64,000 bases of DNA from the NCBI GenBank assembly GCA_963814755.1, contig CAWFEB010000006.1:7995-71994 (forward strand), written 5' to 3'. A program made the position numbers and the translations under genes. The stretch comes from an uncultured Carnobacteriaceae bacterium (lineage in GTDB: Bacteria; Bacillota; Bacilli; Lactobacillales; Aerococcaceae). The number at the start of each line of letters is the position of its first letter. Positions within the stretch are counted from its first letter, which is position 1. This document shows positions 18,518 through 28,455 of this stretch, in pieces. Under the pieces are notes generated by a model that was not told the origin of the DNA, did not search any database, and was given only the letters and a program-made list of their open reading frames with translations.

Positions 18518-19199
18518 CTAACTGATCAGTATCGCCTTTTCGATGAAAGGCAGCTCGTTGATTTCGTAGATCATTTCTTTAGTGGGGACCGTATCCAGAT
18601 AGAGGACGACCCATTCGGTATCACTTTCCCTGAAAATGCGGATATCATTCAGGGGATAGCCTTTGAATGCGAAATAATTCTGCCATTCCGCTTCGCTGTA
18701 AAGATGATATTGGAGCGTATTCTGGTGGATGAAATAGATAGGCAGATGCGCATCCAAGCGCATCGAAAAGTTGTCGATGGTCCACTTGGTTCAGAACAAT
18801 CGAGCCGCCCCCGATGGAACTGCCCGTGACGGATATTTTTTTCTTGTCCCGTTCCAACACCATCGTGGCTGTGTTCGGGTGGCCGACGGGAGAGTCGCCG
18901 ATCTCTTCGATGAATGTCACGGCTATCTTTTGGGATTCGGCCATTTTCAGGGATTGCGGAATCAGCGGATCATCCGCCGCAAAACCGAGTATGCCGCCAA
19001 GGATCGCAAAATCGGTGCCGTGCCCGAGATGCGTATCCGCGAACGACTCATAGTAATGGATCGTGACCTTTTTCGGCTTGACCTCGAACAGCTGCGCCGC
19101 CGCTTTCCCCAATGCCAGAGCGCCTGCAGTATGCGAACTGGAAGGGCCGACCATCACTGGTCCGATGATATCGAAAATGCTTCTGAATGTGTGGCTCAT
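18518..19199 (-). pseudogene. sdaAB: L-serine ammonia-lyase beta subunit, split by a +1 frameshift near 18773-18790
   Basis: The N-terminal frame (MSHTFRSIFDIIGPVMVGPSSSHTAG ... SSIGGGSIVLNQVD) runs into a nonsense tail. The ACT-like C-terminal part (MRLDAHLPIYFIHQN...) continues in the +1 frame as ORF 18518-18763. Confidence 0.7.
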
Positions 19200-19490
19200 G
19201 ACGATCCCCTTTCCTTATTGGTTCATAAAAGCTTGCCTCTCATTATAGCGAAAAGGCTGCCGGAATGACAGAACACCAACGCGCTTTTTATCAGATTCTA
19301 ATGGGATACGCATGAACAGTGAGTAAATAAATTGCCTTCAGTGAATGTACTTGGAATGCAGAACGATTCATAAAATGAAATTTCCATGTGGTATTGCAAA
19401 AGCTCTCTCATTATCGGCATTCCAGCATAGTAACGCTTCCTTTTCATATGATATAATGACTTCATCATCCTGAAAGGAACGCGTGAGAAT

Positions 19491-20168
19491 ATGGAACTAA
19501 AAGAACTGGTTGGATTAAAAGCTGCAGAATACATCAAAGACGGTATGACAGTAGGTCTGGGAACAGGCTCGACTGCCTATTATTTTGTGAAGGAAATCGG
19601 TAGACGTGTGAACGAGGAAGGATTGAAGATCACTGGGGTGACGACTTCTATCCAAACGAAGGAATTGGCTGAGTCGCTGGGGATTCCGTTGAAGAGTGTG
19701 GATGAAGTTACTTGCATCGACGTCACGGTGGATGGAGCCGATGAAATCAGCGAAGACTTCCAAGGGATCAAAGGCGGCGGCGGAGCCTTATTGTTCGAGA
19801 AAATCGTTGCCGACAATTCCAAGAAAGTCATCTGGATCGTCGATGAAAGCAAAATGGTGAAACATCTGGGCGCATTTCCGCTGCCAGTGGAAGTCGTCTG
19901 CTACGGATCGATCCAACTGTTCAATAAATTCAACGAAAAAGGCTACAATCCGGAATTCCGTAAGACGGCAACCGGTGACTATTATTTGACTGATGAGAAG
20001 AACAACATCATCGATCTGCATCTGGGTGAAATTTTGGATCCGAAGGCACTTGCCGAGGACCTGATCCATCTGACCGGTGTCGTGGAACATGGTTTGTTCC
20101 TTGACTGTGTGGATACCGTTTTGGTCGGTACAAAAGACGGTGTGAAAGTGATCGAAGCGAAAAGATAA
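19491..20168 (+). CDS. rpiA: ribose-5-phosphate isomerase A
   Basis: 225 aa with [13 protein letters not shown] and KGGGGALL motifs. A TGaTATAAT promoter lies about 40 nt upstream. Confidence 0.9.
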   Translation: MELKELVGLKAAEYIKDGMTVGLGTGSTAYYFVKEIGRRVNEEGLKITGVTTSIQTKELAESLGIPLKSVDEVTCIDVTVDGADEISEDFQGIKGGGGALLFEKIVADNSKKVIWIVDESKMVKHLGAFPLPVEVVCYGSIQLFNKFNEKGYNPEFRKTATGDYYLTDEKNNIIDLHLGEILDPKALAEDLIHLTGVVEHGLFLDCVDTVLVGTKDGVKVIEAKR

Positions 20169-20246
20169 GCTTCAACTTAGATGCACAAAAACGTTTTGCG
20201 CTGTGCTTGATATTCGAAAAGTCAGATTCAGATGGAGGAAAAGCCT

Positions 20247-21548
20247 ATGAGAATGGTAGATTTAATTATCAAGAAACAAGAAGGCAAAGCATTGACGAAA
20301 GAAGAGATCCGTTTCATCATTGATGGCTACACGGATGGGTCGATCCCTGATTATCAGATGAGCGCATGGGCGATGGCCGTCTTTTTTCAGGATATGACCG
20401 ATGAGGAACGGATGGAATTGACGATGGCTATGGCTGAATCCGGCGATCAGATCGATCTTTCCGCCATCGCGGGCATCAAGGTGGACAAACATTCAACCGG
20501 CGGCGTCGGCGACACGACTACGCTTGTGCTCGCGCCATTGGTTGCCAGCTGTGGCGTGCCGGTAGCGAAAATGAGCGGACGTGGATTAGGCCATACAGGC
20601 GGCACGCTGGATAAATTGGAATCGATTCCCGGCTTCCATGTGGAGATTGACGAAGCGACATTTGCGTCCATTGTGAATGAAAATAAAGTCGCAGTCATTG
20701 GACAATCCGGCAATCTCTGCCCGGCGGACAAGAAATTGTATGCGCTGCGGGATGTGACCGGAACCGTGAATTCGTTGCCGCTGATCGCAAGTTCGATCAT
20801 GTGCAAAAAAATCGCAGCCGGTGCGGATGCGATTGTGCTCGATGTGAAAACCGGAGCTGGCGCGTTCATGAAGACGGAAGAAGATGCGCGGGCACTTGCC
20901 CATGCGATGGTCAAAATCGGCAATCTGGCCGGCCGCAAAACGATGGCGATCATTTCCGATATGAGCCAGCCTTTGGGTGTGGCGGTCGGGAACGCATTGG
21001 AAGTGGAAGTGGCAATCGAAACGTTGAAGGGCAACGGGCCGAAAGACTTGGAGGCGCTCTGCATCGAATTGGGAAGCCAGATGGTCTATCTGGGCGGAAA
21101 AGCGGCTGATTTGGCTGAAGCCCGCGAACTGGTTACAGAGAACCTTCGCAACGGCAAAGCGTTGGAGAAATTCAAAGTTTTCGTTGCTTCCCAAGGTGGG
21201 AACCCGGCAGTGGTGGATGATTATTCATTGATGCCGCAAGCTTCGCGCCAACAGGAAGTTTTGGCTGACGCATCCGGTTATGTGACGGAAATCGTTGCAG
21301 ATGACATCGGCGTGGCTGCGATGTTGCTTGGTGCTGGGCGCGCCACGAAAGAAAGCACAATCGATCTGGCGGCCGGACTGAAGATCCTGAAGAAAGTCGG
21401 CGACCCGGTCCAAAAGGGTGAAGCGATCGTCAGGATGTTCGCCAACAAAGCAGATTTCGCCCAGGCCGAAAAGCTGATCCAGGAAGCCTATTCCATTGGC
21501 GAAGAACGAAAAGAAATCACGCTGATCCACGGCGTCATCACAGACTGA
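20247..21548 (+). CDS. pdp: pyrimidine-nucleoside phosphorylase
   Basis: ATG 20247 lies 7 nt after GGAGGA. Contains [26 protein letters not shown] and other family motifs. Confidence 0.9.
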   Translation: MRMVDLIIKKQEGKALTKEEIRFIIDGYTDGSIPDYQMSAWAMAVFFQDMTDEERMELTMAMAESGDQIDLSAIAGIKVDKHSTGGVGDTTTLVLAPLVASCGVPVAKMSGRGLGHTGGTLDKLESIPGFHVEIDEATFASIVNENKVAVIGQSGNLCPADKKLYALRDVTGTVNSLPLIASSIMCKKIAAGADAIVLDVKTGAGAFMKTEEDARALAHAMVKIGNLAGRKTMAIISDMSQPLGVAVGNALEVEVAIETLKGNGPKDLEALCIELGSQMVYLGGKAADLAEARELVTENLRNGKALEKFKVFVASQGGNPAVVDDYSLMPQASRQQEVLADASGYVTEIVADDIGVAAMLLGAGRATKESTIDLAAGLKILKKVGDPVQKGEAIVRMFANKADFAQAEKLIQEAYSIGEERKEITLIHGVITD

Positions 21549-21552
21549 AAAC

Positions 21553-21604
21553 AAAAGCATCCGAGCCGCACACGATTAAATGTGTGCAGCTCGGATGCTT
21601 TTTT
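21553..21604. terminator. bidirectional terminator between convergent pdp and mgtC
   Basis: AAGCATCCGAGC ... GCTCGGATGCTT 12-bp stem with an inner GCACAC/GTGTGC helix, an A-run upstream and a T-run downstream. Confidence 0.85.
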
Positions 21605-22308
21605 CATTGGTCGAAGGACACGTTCGTGATGTCCTTGCTCATGTTCATCAGATCGTGCACCAGATCCTTTTTCTTGTAGTAATGCGGCAAACCGATCCCG
21701 TAGATGACGATGTATTTCGGGTGCTCGCTCTCCGGATTCTCGATCAGAAACTTCATGTCCGAAGTCTCGATGTTGTTTTCGGAAAGGAACAGTTCGATCG
21801 CCTTTTTCAGATCCTGGTGCCGGTAATGGATCTCCACATGCAGCCCACCTATGGAAGTCCTGAGTTTTTTGATGATATGCAGAACGACATAAAGAATCAG
21901 GCAGCCGATGAAAGATAGGAAATAATAGCCCATCCCGACGGCAATCCCGAGACCGGCGACCGTCCAAATCGTTGCTGCCGATGTCAGGCCGGTGACCGTA
22001 TCCCGTTTGGTGATGAGGATTGTGCCGGCGCCGAGGAACCCGATTCCGCTGACGATCTGGGCGATGATGCGGGTAAAGTCGACCGTGATGCTGGATGCGA
22101 TATCCGGATTCGCAATCGCCAAGTTCAGACTGTAAAAAGCGATTTCGAGCTGAATCAAGGTGATGAGGCAAGCAGAAACGGAAACGATGATGTTCGTCCG
22201 CAGACCTGCCGCTTGGCGATTCTCTTCGCGTTCATAGCCGATGACGCCACCGACAAATACTGCCGCAAGCAAGCGCATCGTTATTTCCAATGTGCTGATG
22301 GAATACAC
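21604..22308 (-). CDS. mgtC: MgtC/SapB family membrane protein
   Basis: MRLLAAVFVGGVIGYEREENRQAAGLRTN is the MgtC N-terminal signature. The likely start is GTG 22308, 6 nt after AAAGGGGGG. The ORF is open back to 22326. Confidence 0.8.
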   Translation of the reverse strand: MYSISTLEITMRLLAAVFVGGVIGYEREENRQAAGLRTNIIVSVSACLITLIQLEIAFYSLNLAIANPDIASSITVDFTRIIAQIVSGIGFLGAGTILITKRDTVTGLTSAATIWTVAGLGIAVGMGYYFLSFIGCLILYVVLHIIKKLRTSIGGLHVEIHYRHQDLKKAIELFLSENNIETSDMKFLIENPESEHPKYIVIYGIGLPHYYKKKDLVHDLMNMSKDITNVSFDQ

Positions 22309-22476
22309 AGCAGTCCCCCCTTTCAAAATAGAGCATTTCTTCTATTCTAATGCACGGACCGTTTTATGTAAAAGGAAATGACGATTTTCTGAAAATATGC
22401 AGAATCCCTCCGATTCTTCCGTCAGCATGTGATAAAATGGAAGATATTATGATTTTTTGATTAGAGGAGGGACAAT

Positions 22477-23181
22477 ATGTCGAAAAAAGAATGGCTGGAG
22501 GGGATGAAAGCCATCTATCCGGTTTGTTTCGGCTACATTCCGATGGGATTGGCCTGCGGAGTCCTGCTGCAGCAAGCCGGCTATCATTGGCTGGCTGTCA
22601 TGCTGATGAGCCTGCTCATCTACGGGGGTGCTTCGCAGTTCATGATCGCATCGATGACGGTGGCCGGGGCAGGGCTGCTGGAGATGGTAATCATGATCTT
22701 TTTCATCAATCTGAGGCACCTGTTGATGAGTTCCAGCCTTGCCCACCGGATCCGCGAGAAGAACACGGCTTTCAGCATGTTCTTTGCGCAGACGATCACC
22801 GATGAATCGTTCGCCGTCAACACGCTGTATTTCAAAACCGAAGGCATGTGGAATCCGACGAAAGCGATGGCTGCGAATGTGACGGCCTATTCAACTTGGA
22901 TTTTGAGCACCGGGATCGGAGCGATGGCCGGTAAGAGCATCGATTTGTCGCCGGTTGTGATGAACTACATCCTGATTGCGATGTTCATTTTCCTGCTCAT
23001 TTCCCAGATCGAGAACCGCATCGTATTCTGGACAGCGGTATTTTCCGGCATCACGGCGGTCCTATTAATGAACTTGCTGCGCCATAACATTGCCATCGTC
23101 CTGACTTCGATATTGGCTTCCGGGTTCGGGCTCTATCTGCAGAACAAAAAAGACGATAAGGAGGGGATTTTGCGTGGATGA
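22477..23181 (+). CDS. azlC: AzlC family branched-chain amino acid exporter subunit
   Basis: 234 aa polytopic protein with GGASQFM, followed by an overlapping azlD. Confidence 0.8.
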   Translation: MSKKEWLEGMKAIYPVCFGYIPMGLACGVLLQQAGYHWLAVMLMSLLIYGGASQFMIASMTVAGAGLLEMVIMIFFINLRHLLMSSSLAHRIREKNTAFSMFFAQTITDESFAVNTLYFKTEGMWNPTKAMAANVTAYSTWILSTGIGAMAGKSIDLSPVVMNYILIAMFIFLLISQIENRIVFWTAVFSGITAVLLMNLLRHNIAIVLTSILASGFGLYLQNKKDDKEGILRG

Positions 23182-23497
23182 TAAAGCATTGTGGCTCATT
23201 CTTGGAGGCGGATTGGTGACTTTTTTGCCCAGATGGCTCCCGATTGTTGCCCTGAAGAATGCGCGGATTCCGATCTGGTTCCAGAAATGGATGAGCTTTC
23301 TGCCGGTTTCCATCTTTTCCGCATTGATCGCATCGGATATTTTTTTCTGGGAGGGAAATATTTCCTTGAATGCAATGGAGAATGCCAAACTGTTGCCGTC
23401 GCTTGTGACAGCTGCGGTGGCTTATTATTCGAAAAACATGATTCTCTCCGTCATCGTCGGCATCGTAGGGATCAGCCTGATGGTGTGGGCACTTTGA
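23174..23497 (+). CDS. azlD: AzlD family branched-chain amino acid transport protein
   Basis: 107 aa hydrophobic protein. Overlaps azlC by 8 nt. Contains LVTFLPRWLP. Confidence 0.8.
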   Translation: MDDKALWLILGGGLVTFLPRWLPIVALKNARIPIWFQKWMSFLPVSIFSALIASDIFFWEGNISLNAMENAKLLPSLVTAAVAYYSKNMILSVIVGIVGISLMVWAL

Positions 23498-23547
23498 TTT
23501 CACTTTCCTTATTTTAATTGTTTTGCCATCTTATTTTCATAATTCTG

Positions 23548-23576
23548 TTGACATACTTTTGTTTCTTTATTATGAT
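23548..23576 (+). promoter_or_regulatory. consensus-like sigma-A promoter TTGACA-17-TATGAT
   Basis: The -35 hexamer is at 23548-23553 and the -10 hexamer at 23571-23576. Confidence 0.7.
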
Positions 23577-23582
23577 GAATGC

Positions 23583-23808
23583 ATAAAAGAAGAGGAGGCA
23601 GTCGCGATGCAAACGATCACGCGTGTAACAGCAACGAACGGAAAAAGCTGGCAAAGCCGCATAGTGTAGGTTGATCGTGTGACAGGACTGTCCATAGATG
23701 CAACCTCAGATTTAATCTGGATTAGCGTCTATGCGGATTTTTCCTTCTTTTTACTTATTCAGGAAACCAACACCGCAAAGACTATTAGGGTCTCTGCGGT
23801 TTTTTTGT
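23583..23808 (+). promoter_or_regulatory. leader or sRNA with a 20-codon uORF (23607-23669) and two terminator hairpins
   Basis: GGAGG lies 8 nt before the ATG. The uORF encodes MQTITRVTATNGKSWQSRIV. Hairpin CCGCATAG (23657-23664) / CTATGCGG (23729-23736) is followed by ATTTTT. A strong terminator lies at 23772-23808 (an 11-position stem with one mismatch, followed by T7). Confidence 0.5.
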
Positions 23809-23877
23809 ATCCAAAAACGCTTTTTTATCCGGATTATGATGTGCAGAAAAAGAAAATATAAAAATGGAGGAATATTG

Positions 23878-24903
23878 ATGATGAAAAATGGGATGAAAAA
23901 TATGTTGCGATTGAGCTCGGTAGTGGCGATCGGGTTGTTGGCTGCTTGCGGAAACACAGCGTCGGAAAATGATTCTTCTGCGGCTACAAATGAAAGCGAA
24001 CAGGAACAGGTCTATATCGGCATCCTGCAGTTGACGACGCATCCAGCCTTGGATCAGATCACGGAAGGCATCCTGGATGAGTTGGCGGCGGCCGGCTATG
24101 TCGACGGCGAGAATGCCACCATCGATTTCCAGAATGCGCAAGGCGACCAAGCGAACATGAAATCGATCGCCGAAAGCTTCGTCAGCCATGACGCGGACAT
24201 CATGATCGGTGTTGCGACACCTGCCGCGCAAGCATTGAAGAACGCATCAGATGAGATTCCGGTGATCCTTGGCGCAGTCCAGGATCCGGTCGGCGCCGGC
24301 TTGGTCGAATCCTTGGAAGCTCCCGGCAGCAATGCAACGGGGCTGTCTAACCGGACACCATCCAACGAACAGATGGCATTGATCAAGCAATTCCTGCCGG
24401 ATGCCACAACAATCGGTGTCATGTACACAACTGCCGAAGACAATGCGATCATCTCCGGCCAACGCGCCGAGCAAGCGGCAGCGGACTTAGGCTTCGAGGT
24501 CGTCACGAGAACGATCACTACTTCGAACGACATCGCCCAAGCGGCGGAAAGTCTGGCCAAAGAAGTGGACGCAATATACGTACCGAACGATAATGTCATC
24601 GCGAGCGGAATGGCAACCTTGGTGGATGCGGCCGATGCTTTCGGCATCCCGGTTTTCCCGGCAGCTGACACAATGGTGAAAGACGGCGGTGTTGCAACTT
24701 TTGCACCAAGCCAATACGGAATGGGCACGCAGATCGGCCAAATCGCGGTCGACATCCTGAAGGGCGCGGATCCGGCGACTTATCCGGTCCAACTGGTGAA
24801 AGAGAATTCCGTTTACATCAACCAAGCCAAAGTGGACGAACTGGGCTTGACGATTCCGGAAGAAATCAAGGCCGATGCGGTGTTTGTGGAATTGGCTGAA
24901 TAA
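23878..24903 (+). CDS. ABC transporter substrate-binding lipoprotein (ABC_sub_bind / TrpX-like family)
   Basis: ATG 23878 lies 7 nt after GGAGG. Lipobox LLAAC. YIGILQLTTHPALDQ and IGVATPAAQAL are typical of this SBP family. No permease or ATPase gene follows. Confidence 0.75.
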   Translation: MMKNGMKNMLRLSSVVAIGLLAACGNTASENDSSAATNESEQEQVYIGILQLTTHPALDQITEGILDELAAAGYVDGENATIDFQNAQGDQANMKSIAESFVSHDADIMIGVATPAAQALKNASDEIPVILGAVQDPVGAGLVESLEAPGSNATGLSNRTPSNEQMALIKQFLPDATTIGVMYTTAEDNAIISGQRAEQAAADLGFEVVTRTITTSNDIAQAAESLAKEVDAIYVPNDNVIASGMATLVDAADAFGIPVFPAADTMVKDGGVATFAPSQYGMGTQIGQIAVDILKGADPATYPVQLVKENSVYINQAKVDELGLTIPEEIKADAVFVELAE

Positions 24904-24913
24904 TAATTGTTTA

Positions 24914-24955
24914 GGGGAGGGGCTTCATCCAACTGCGGATGGGCCTCTTTTTTTG
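24914..24955 (+). terminator. intrinsic terminator after the SBP gene
   Basis: GC-rich imperfect hairpin (GGCTTCATCC / GGATGGGCC, extended) followed by T7. Confidence 0.6.
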
Positions 24956-25175
24956 GCGTGGCGCTAGTTAGGCGGTCGCTGAGGTTACCGGATGCGGAAC
25001 AAAAACAATGAGGATATGTCGGCCGAACGCATGAATTGTTAGTGTGAACAGCCGAGATATACCGAATGTGTTGACTGAACGTATCAAGTTTCTCCCCGAA
25101 CAGCCGCCGCAGCGATGATTTGTCGGTTGTTCGCCCGTAAATCCAAAATAACAGCATATAACAAAACTAAACCCA

Positions 25176-25225
25176 ACAAAAAAACGCGCCAGCGATCGGT
25201 ATCATTCTACCGTTCGCTGGCGCGT
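25176..25225 (-). terminator. intrinsic terminator of the mevalonate operon
   Basis: ACGCGCCAGCGA / TCGCTGGCGCGT 12-bp stem, with a T-run on the minus strand. Confidence 0.85.
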
Positions 25226-25246
25226 GCTGTTTCTATTTATTTCAGT

Positions 25247-26312
25247 TTACTTCACTGAACGATTGGCGTACTGACGGTAGTCGATCCCGCGCATGTCGCA
25301 CCAGTCGAGGATGTCCCGTTGGAAGATAAGATCTGTTCGAGCCAGATCGGCAACCGATGTTTTGCCCAGCATCGCCATGACCGTCGTGATCTGTTGCTTC
25401 CAGGCTTCGACCGTTTCGGCCGTCTTCTCCGGTCCGTCGCTCAGGACCATATGCAGGAATTGGCCGGAAAGTCCGACAGCTTTCGCGCCCAGACTCAAAG
25501 CCTTTACGATGTCCAATGGTGTTTTGATGCCGCCGGATGCCAGGAACTCCGCTTTGCCGCGATGAACATCGGCTTCAAGCAAAGAAATCAAAGTCGATTG
25601 GCCCCAGTTTTCCAGGTCGTCATAGGCTATGGCCGTCCGCCTTGCGTTTTCGATCGCCGCAAAGTTTGTGCCGCCTTTGCCGGAGACATCGATCGTCCGG
25701 ACACCTACCGCAATCAATTGCTGGATCGTTTCTCGGCTCATGCCGAAGCCGACTTCCTTCACGATGACGGGGACGCCGACATGTGCGGTGATCTCCTCAA
25801 TTTGGCGCAGCCACATCGTGAAATCACGGTCGCCTTCGGGCATGATCATTTCCTGTGGCGCGTTGATGTGGATCTGCAAAGCATCGGCCTCCAGAATATC
25901 CACGGCGCGCTTGGCATTCTCAAGCGAATGGTGGGCGCCGATATTCGCCATTATCTGTCCGTTCGGGTTCACTTTGCGGATAATCGAAAAGCTGTCGCTC
26001 ACGCTGGGATCCTTCAACGCCGCGCTGACGGAACCGGAAGCCATCGCCAAGCCGGTCATTTTTGCGACCGCCGCTAGATCGGCATTGATCTGTTTGGTCC
26101 GATCGCTGCCGCCGGTCATGCCGTTGATGTAGAAGGGCGCAGCCAAGCTCATCCCGGCAAGCTCCGTCTGCAAGCGAAATGTCCGCCACTTTCAGATTGG
26201 GCAAAGAGTGATGAACAAAGCGCATCTTCCCGAAATCGGACAAATCGGCTGGCTGATATTGTTTTTCAGCCAGATCGACATGCTGGTCTTTTCTGTTTGA
26301 ATCAAGCGTCAT
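25247..26312 (-). pseudogene. fni: type 2 isopentenyl-diphosphate delta-isomerase, split by a +1 frameshift at about 26171-26174
   Basis: The N-terminus MTLDSNRKDQHVDL...MRFVHHSLPNLKVADISL starts at ATG 26312, in an ATGA overlap with mvaK2. The rest (QTELAGMSLAAPFYINGMTGG ... VIVKEVGFGMS) is in the +1 frame. Removing one T from TCGCTTGCAG restores ISLQTEL. Confidence 0.8.
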
Positions 26313-27424
26313 TCGGATGCTCCTTTCCATTCGATGGCTGCTGCACTTCGCACGTAGCTGAAGACGTGCAGCGGCAAGTTCATGATCCCGACTTTTTCCC
26401 ACTCCGAAATCAAAGGGATGATGCCCGATTGCCTGTCGATGATGACGATGCCGCAGTCTCCACCGCCGGCACCGGATGATTTTGCCGCACCGAGATTCTT
26501 CTCGGCCAAATCGCATAATTGCGTCAAGGGGGGTGTCTCAATAACGACGCCAGTGTGCGCAGTCAATTGCTGCAGCAGCAAGCGGTTCTCGCGGATGCCT
26601 GCCTGAATCGCCTGCAGATCACCATGTTCGAAAGCGGCGATCATAGCGTTTACGCACTTTTTGCTGGCTTCCAAGAAAGTCTTATAAAAATCGTCGATGC
26701 CGCCACGGACATCGTTGACGCGATCGACAAGGTGGGTGGTCGAAGCCGGGGAGCCGGTCCAACCGATCACCAACCGCAGATTGGCTGGTGGTGTCAATGG
26801 CCGGATCATTAATTGCGGCCAGGCTGATTCCAACAAATCGGTGAGCGTCAGCTCGGTTGCCTTCTGCATTACCCATTCCCTGTCGAAACAGGCATACGCG
26901 ATCCAGCCGCCGTAGGTGCTCGCGGCAATGTCGCCGAAGGAACCGTTGCTTTTGACGGACAGATGCGCCAAAGCAGCCAGCTTGTAGACCAATTCGAATT
27001 CCGGATCGATCGCATAAAATTTCAGCAACGCTTTGATCGTCGCGACCGTCACCGCACCGCTCGATCCCAGTCCGTATTTTTTCCCGCTGGCGTTGTCCAA
27101 CTCGCTCTTCACGGACAGATGGAAATAGGATAACGGAATCCCGGATTCTTTGATGTAGCGTTCCGTCACCTTGACCGCCTCGGTAATGTAGAGGAAAGGA
27201 TTTTCGCGCTGGTCGATGACCAACTGATCCTCTTCGCGGGTCCAAGGAATCGGCAAACCGCCATACTGCGCCGACCGGATCGTCCCGGTCGTATCGGCTT
27301 CCTCCAAAGAAACCGTAATGAACTGATCCAAAGCGACCAAAATCGATGGGTGGCCCGGCGTCACTACCGCATATTCTCCGGCAATGAACAATTTACCCGG
27401 AGCACTTGCTTCTGTTACAGTCAT
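26309..27424 (-). CDS. mvaK2: phosphomevalonate kinase
   Basis: The start at ATG 27424 follows GAGAGGG. APGKLFIAGEYAVV and GLGSSGAV are GHMP kinase motifs. Confidence 0.85.
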   Translation of the reverse strand: MTVTEASAPGKLFIAGEYAVVTPGHPSILVALDQFITVSLEEADTTGTIRSAQYGGLPIPWTREEDQLVIDQRENPFLYITEAVKVTERYIKESGIPLSYFHLSVKSELDNASGKKYGLGSSGAVTVATIKALLKFYAIDPEFELVYKLAALAHLSVKSNGSFGDIAASTYGGWIAYACFDREWVMQKATELTLTDLLESAWPQLMIRPLTPPANLRLVIGWTGSPASTTHLVDRVNDVRGGIDDFYKTFLEASKKCVNAMIAAFEHGDLQAIQAGIRENRLLLQQLTAHTGVVIETPPLTQLCDLAEKNLGAAKSSGAGGGDCGIVIIDRQSGIIPLISEWEKVGIMNLPLHVFSYVRSAAAIEWKGASE

Positions 27425-27447
27425 GAATTCAACCCTCTCTGTTCCTG

Positions 27448-28455
27448 TTAGTCGTTCCAATTGTAGACAGCGCGTTCGGCTGCAGTCAATTCCCGGATTC
27501 CCTTTCCGGGCTTGGTGATGATCAATTTATCCTCTGTGAAATGTTCCAACAACGCTTCTTTTATCGTTTCGGCTTGCGAAAGGCGGCACAGCACCTTCAC
27601 ATTCGGACCGGCATCCATCGTGACATAACAGGGAATGCCTTGTTTGCGCAAAGCCTGTGCGGTCTTGATGGCGACGATGCTATCCGGTTCCCAATAGGAA
27701 AAAGGCGGTTCCGCACCCAACATGGTTCCGTGCATCTTCATGCCGTTCGCTTCGGTGATTTCGCCCAAACGGACGAAATCCTTCGCAGCGATGGCTGCTT
27801 TGATGTCCAGGATATCTCTTTTCGCCGATTCCACCCAAGCGGGATAGAAGGGCGAAGTCTCGACCGTGCGTTTCATGCCGATGCGGCTGGAGACTTCCTT
27901 TGCTTTCTGGTTGACCGCAACGATGACCATGCCGATATCCCAGCCGGCATCGTCGACCGGTACCGCGAAGGAATCGTCGGAACAAGTCCCCATATCCCAT
28001 TCCACAAAACCGCCGTAGATGCTGCGCGTCGCACTGCCACTGCCGCGTCTTGCAAAGGTCGACAATCGCTGCGGATCCAAATCAAGTCCCAAAGCCAAGT
28101 TGGCAGCTCCTGCCAAAGCAGCGAAGGCGGAGGCTGATGAGGCCAAGCCGGCTGCGGTAGGGACGTGATTGATGCTTTCAACGCGCGCACGTATGGCTGT
28201 CTTTTTTTCTTCACGGAACAGATCAAGGAATTTGGAGATTTTTTGTGTCTCTTTTTCGCCTTGCTTCTCGCCGTTCAGATAGAAGGAATCCTGCGGGAGG
28301 GCTTCATCGAAGACGACCATCGTATCCGTATAGAGTTTATCCAAGGTCATGGAAAGGCTGCTGTTCATAGGAAGAAAGTCGGTTTCATCCCGCTTCCCCC
28401 AATATTTGATCAGCGCGATGTTGGTATGCGCTCGGACATAAGCTTTCTTAGGCAT
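27448..28455 (-). CDS. mvaD: diphosphomevalonate decarboxylase
   Basis: The start at ATG 28455 lies 8 nt after GGAGG. Contains NIALIKYWGKRD, AGLASSASAFAAL and GSGSATRS. Confidence 0.9.
   Translation of the reverse strand: MPKKAYVRAHTNIALIKYWGKRDETDFLPMNSSLSMTLDKLYTDTMVVFDEALPQDSFYLNGEKQGEKETQKISKFLDLFREEKKTAIRARVESINHVPTAAGLASSASAFAALAGAANLALGLDLDPQRLSTFARRGSGSATRSIYGGFVEWDMGTCSDDSFAVPVDDAGWDIGMVIVAVNQKAKEVSSRIGMKRTVETSPFYPAWVESAKRDILDIKAAIAAKDFVRLGEITEANGMKMHGTMLGAEPPFSYWEPDSIVAIKTAQALRKQGIPCYVTMDAGPNVKVLCRLSQAETIKEALLEHFTEDKLIITKPGKGIRELTAAERAVYNWND

Noticed and set aside
20181-20204. cre (CcpA) site at GCACAAAAACGTTTTGCGCTGTGC between rpiA and pdp
   Set aside because: Only the AAAACGTTTT core fits. 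The flanking TG/CA positions of the cre consensus TGWAANCGNTNWCA are missing, so it may be just a small hairpin.
24813-25157. 114-aa minus-strand ORF as a transposase or gene remnant downstream of the orphan SBP
   Set aside because: I cannot match the translation to any family from memory. It has no RBS and overlaps the SBP 3' end and its terminator.
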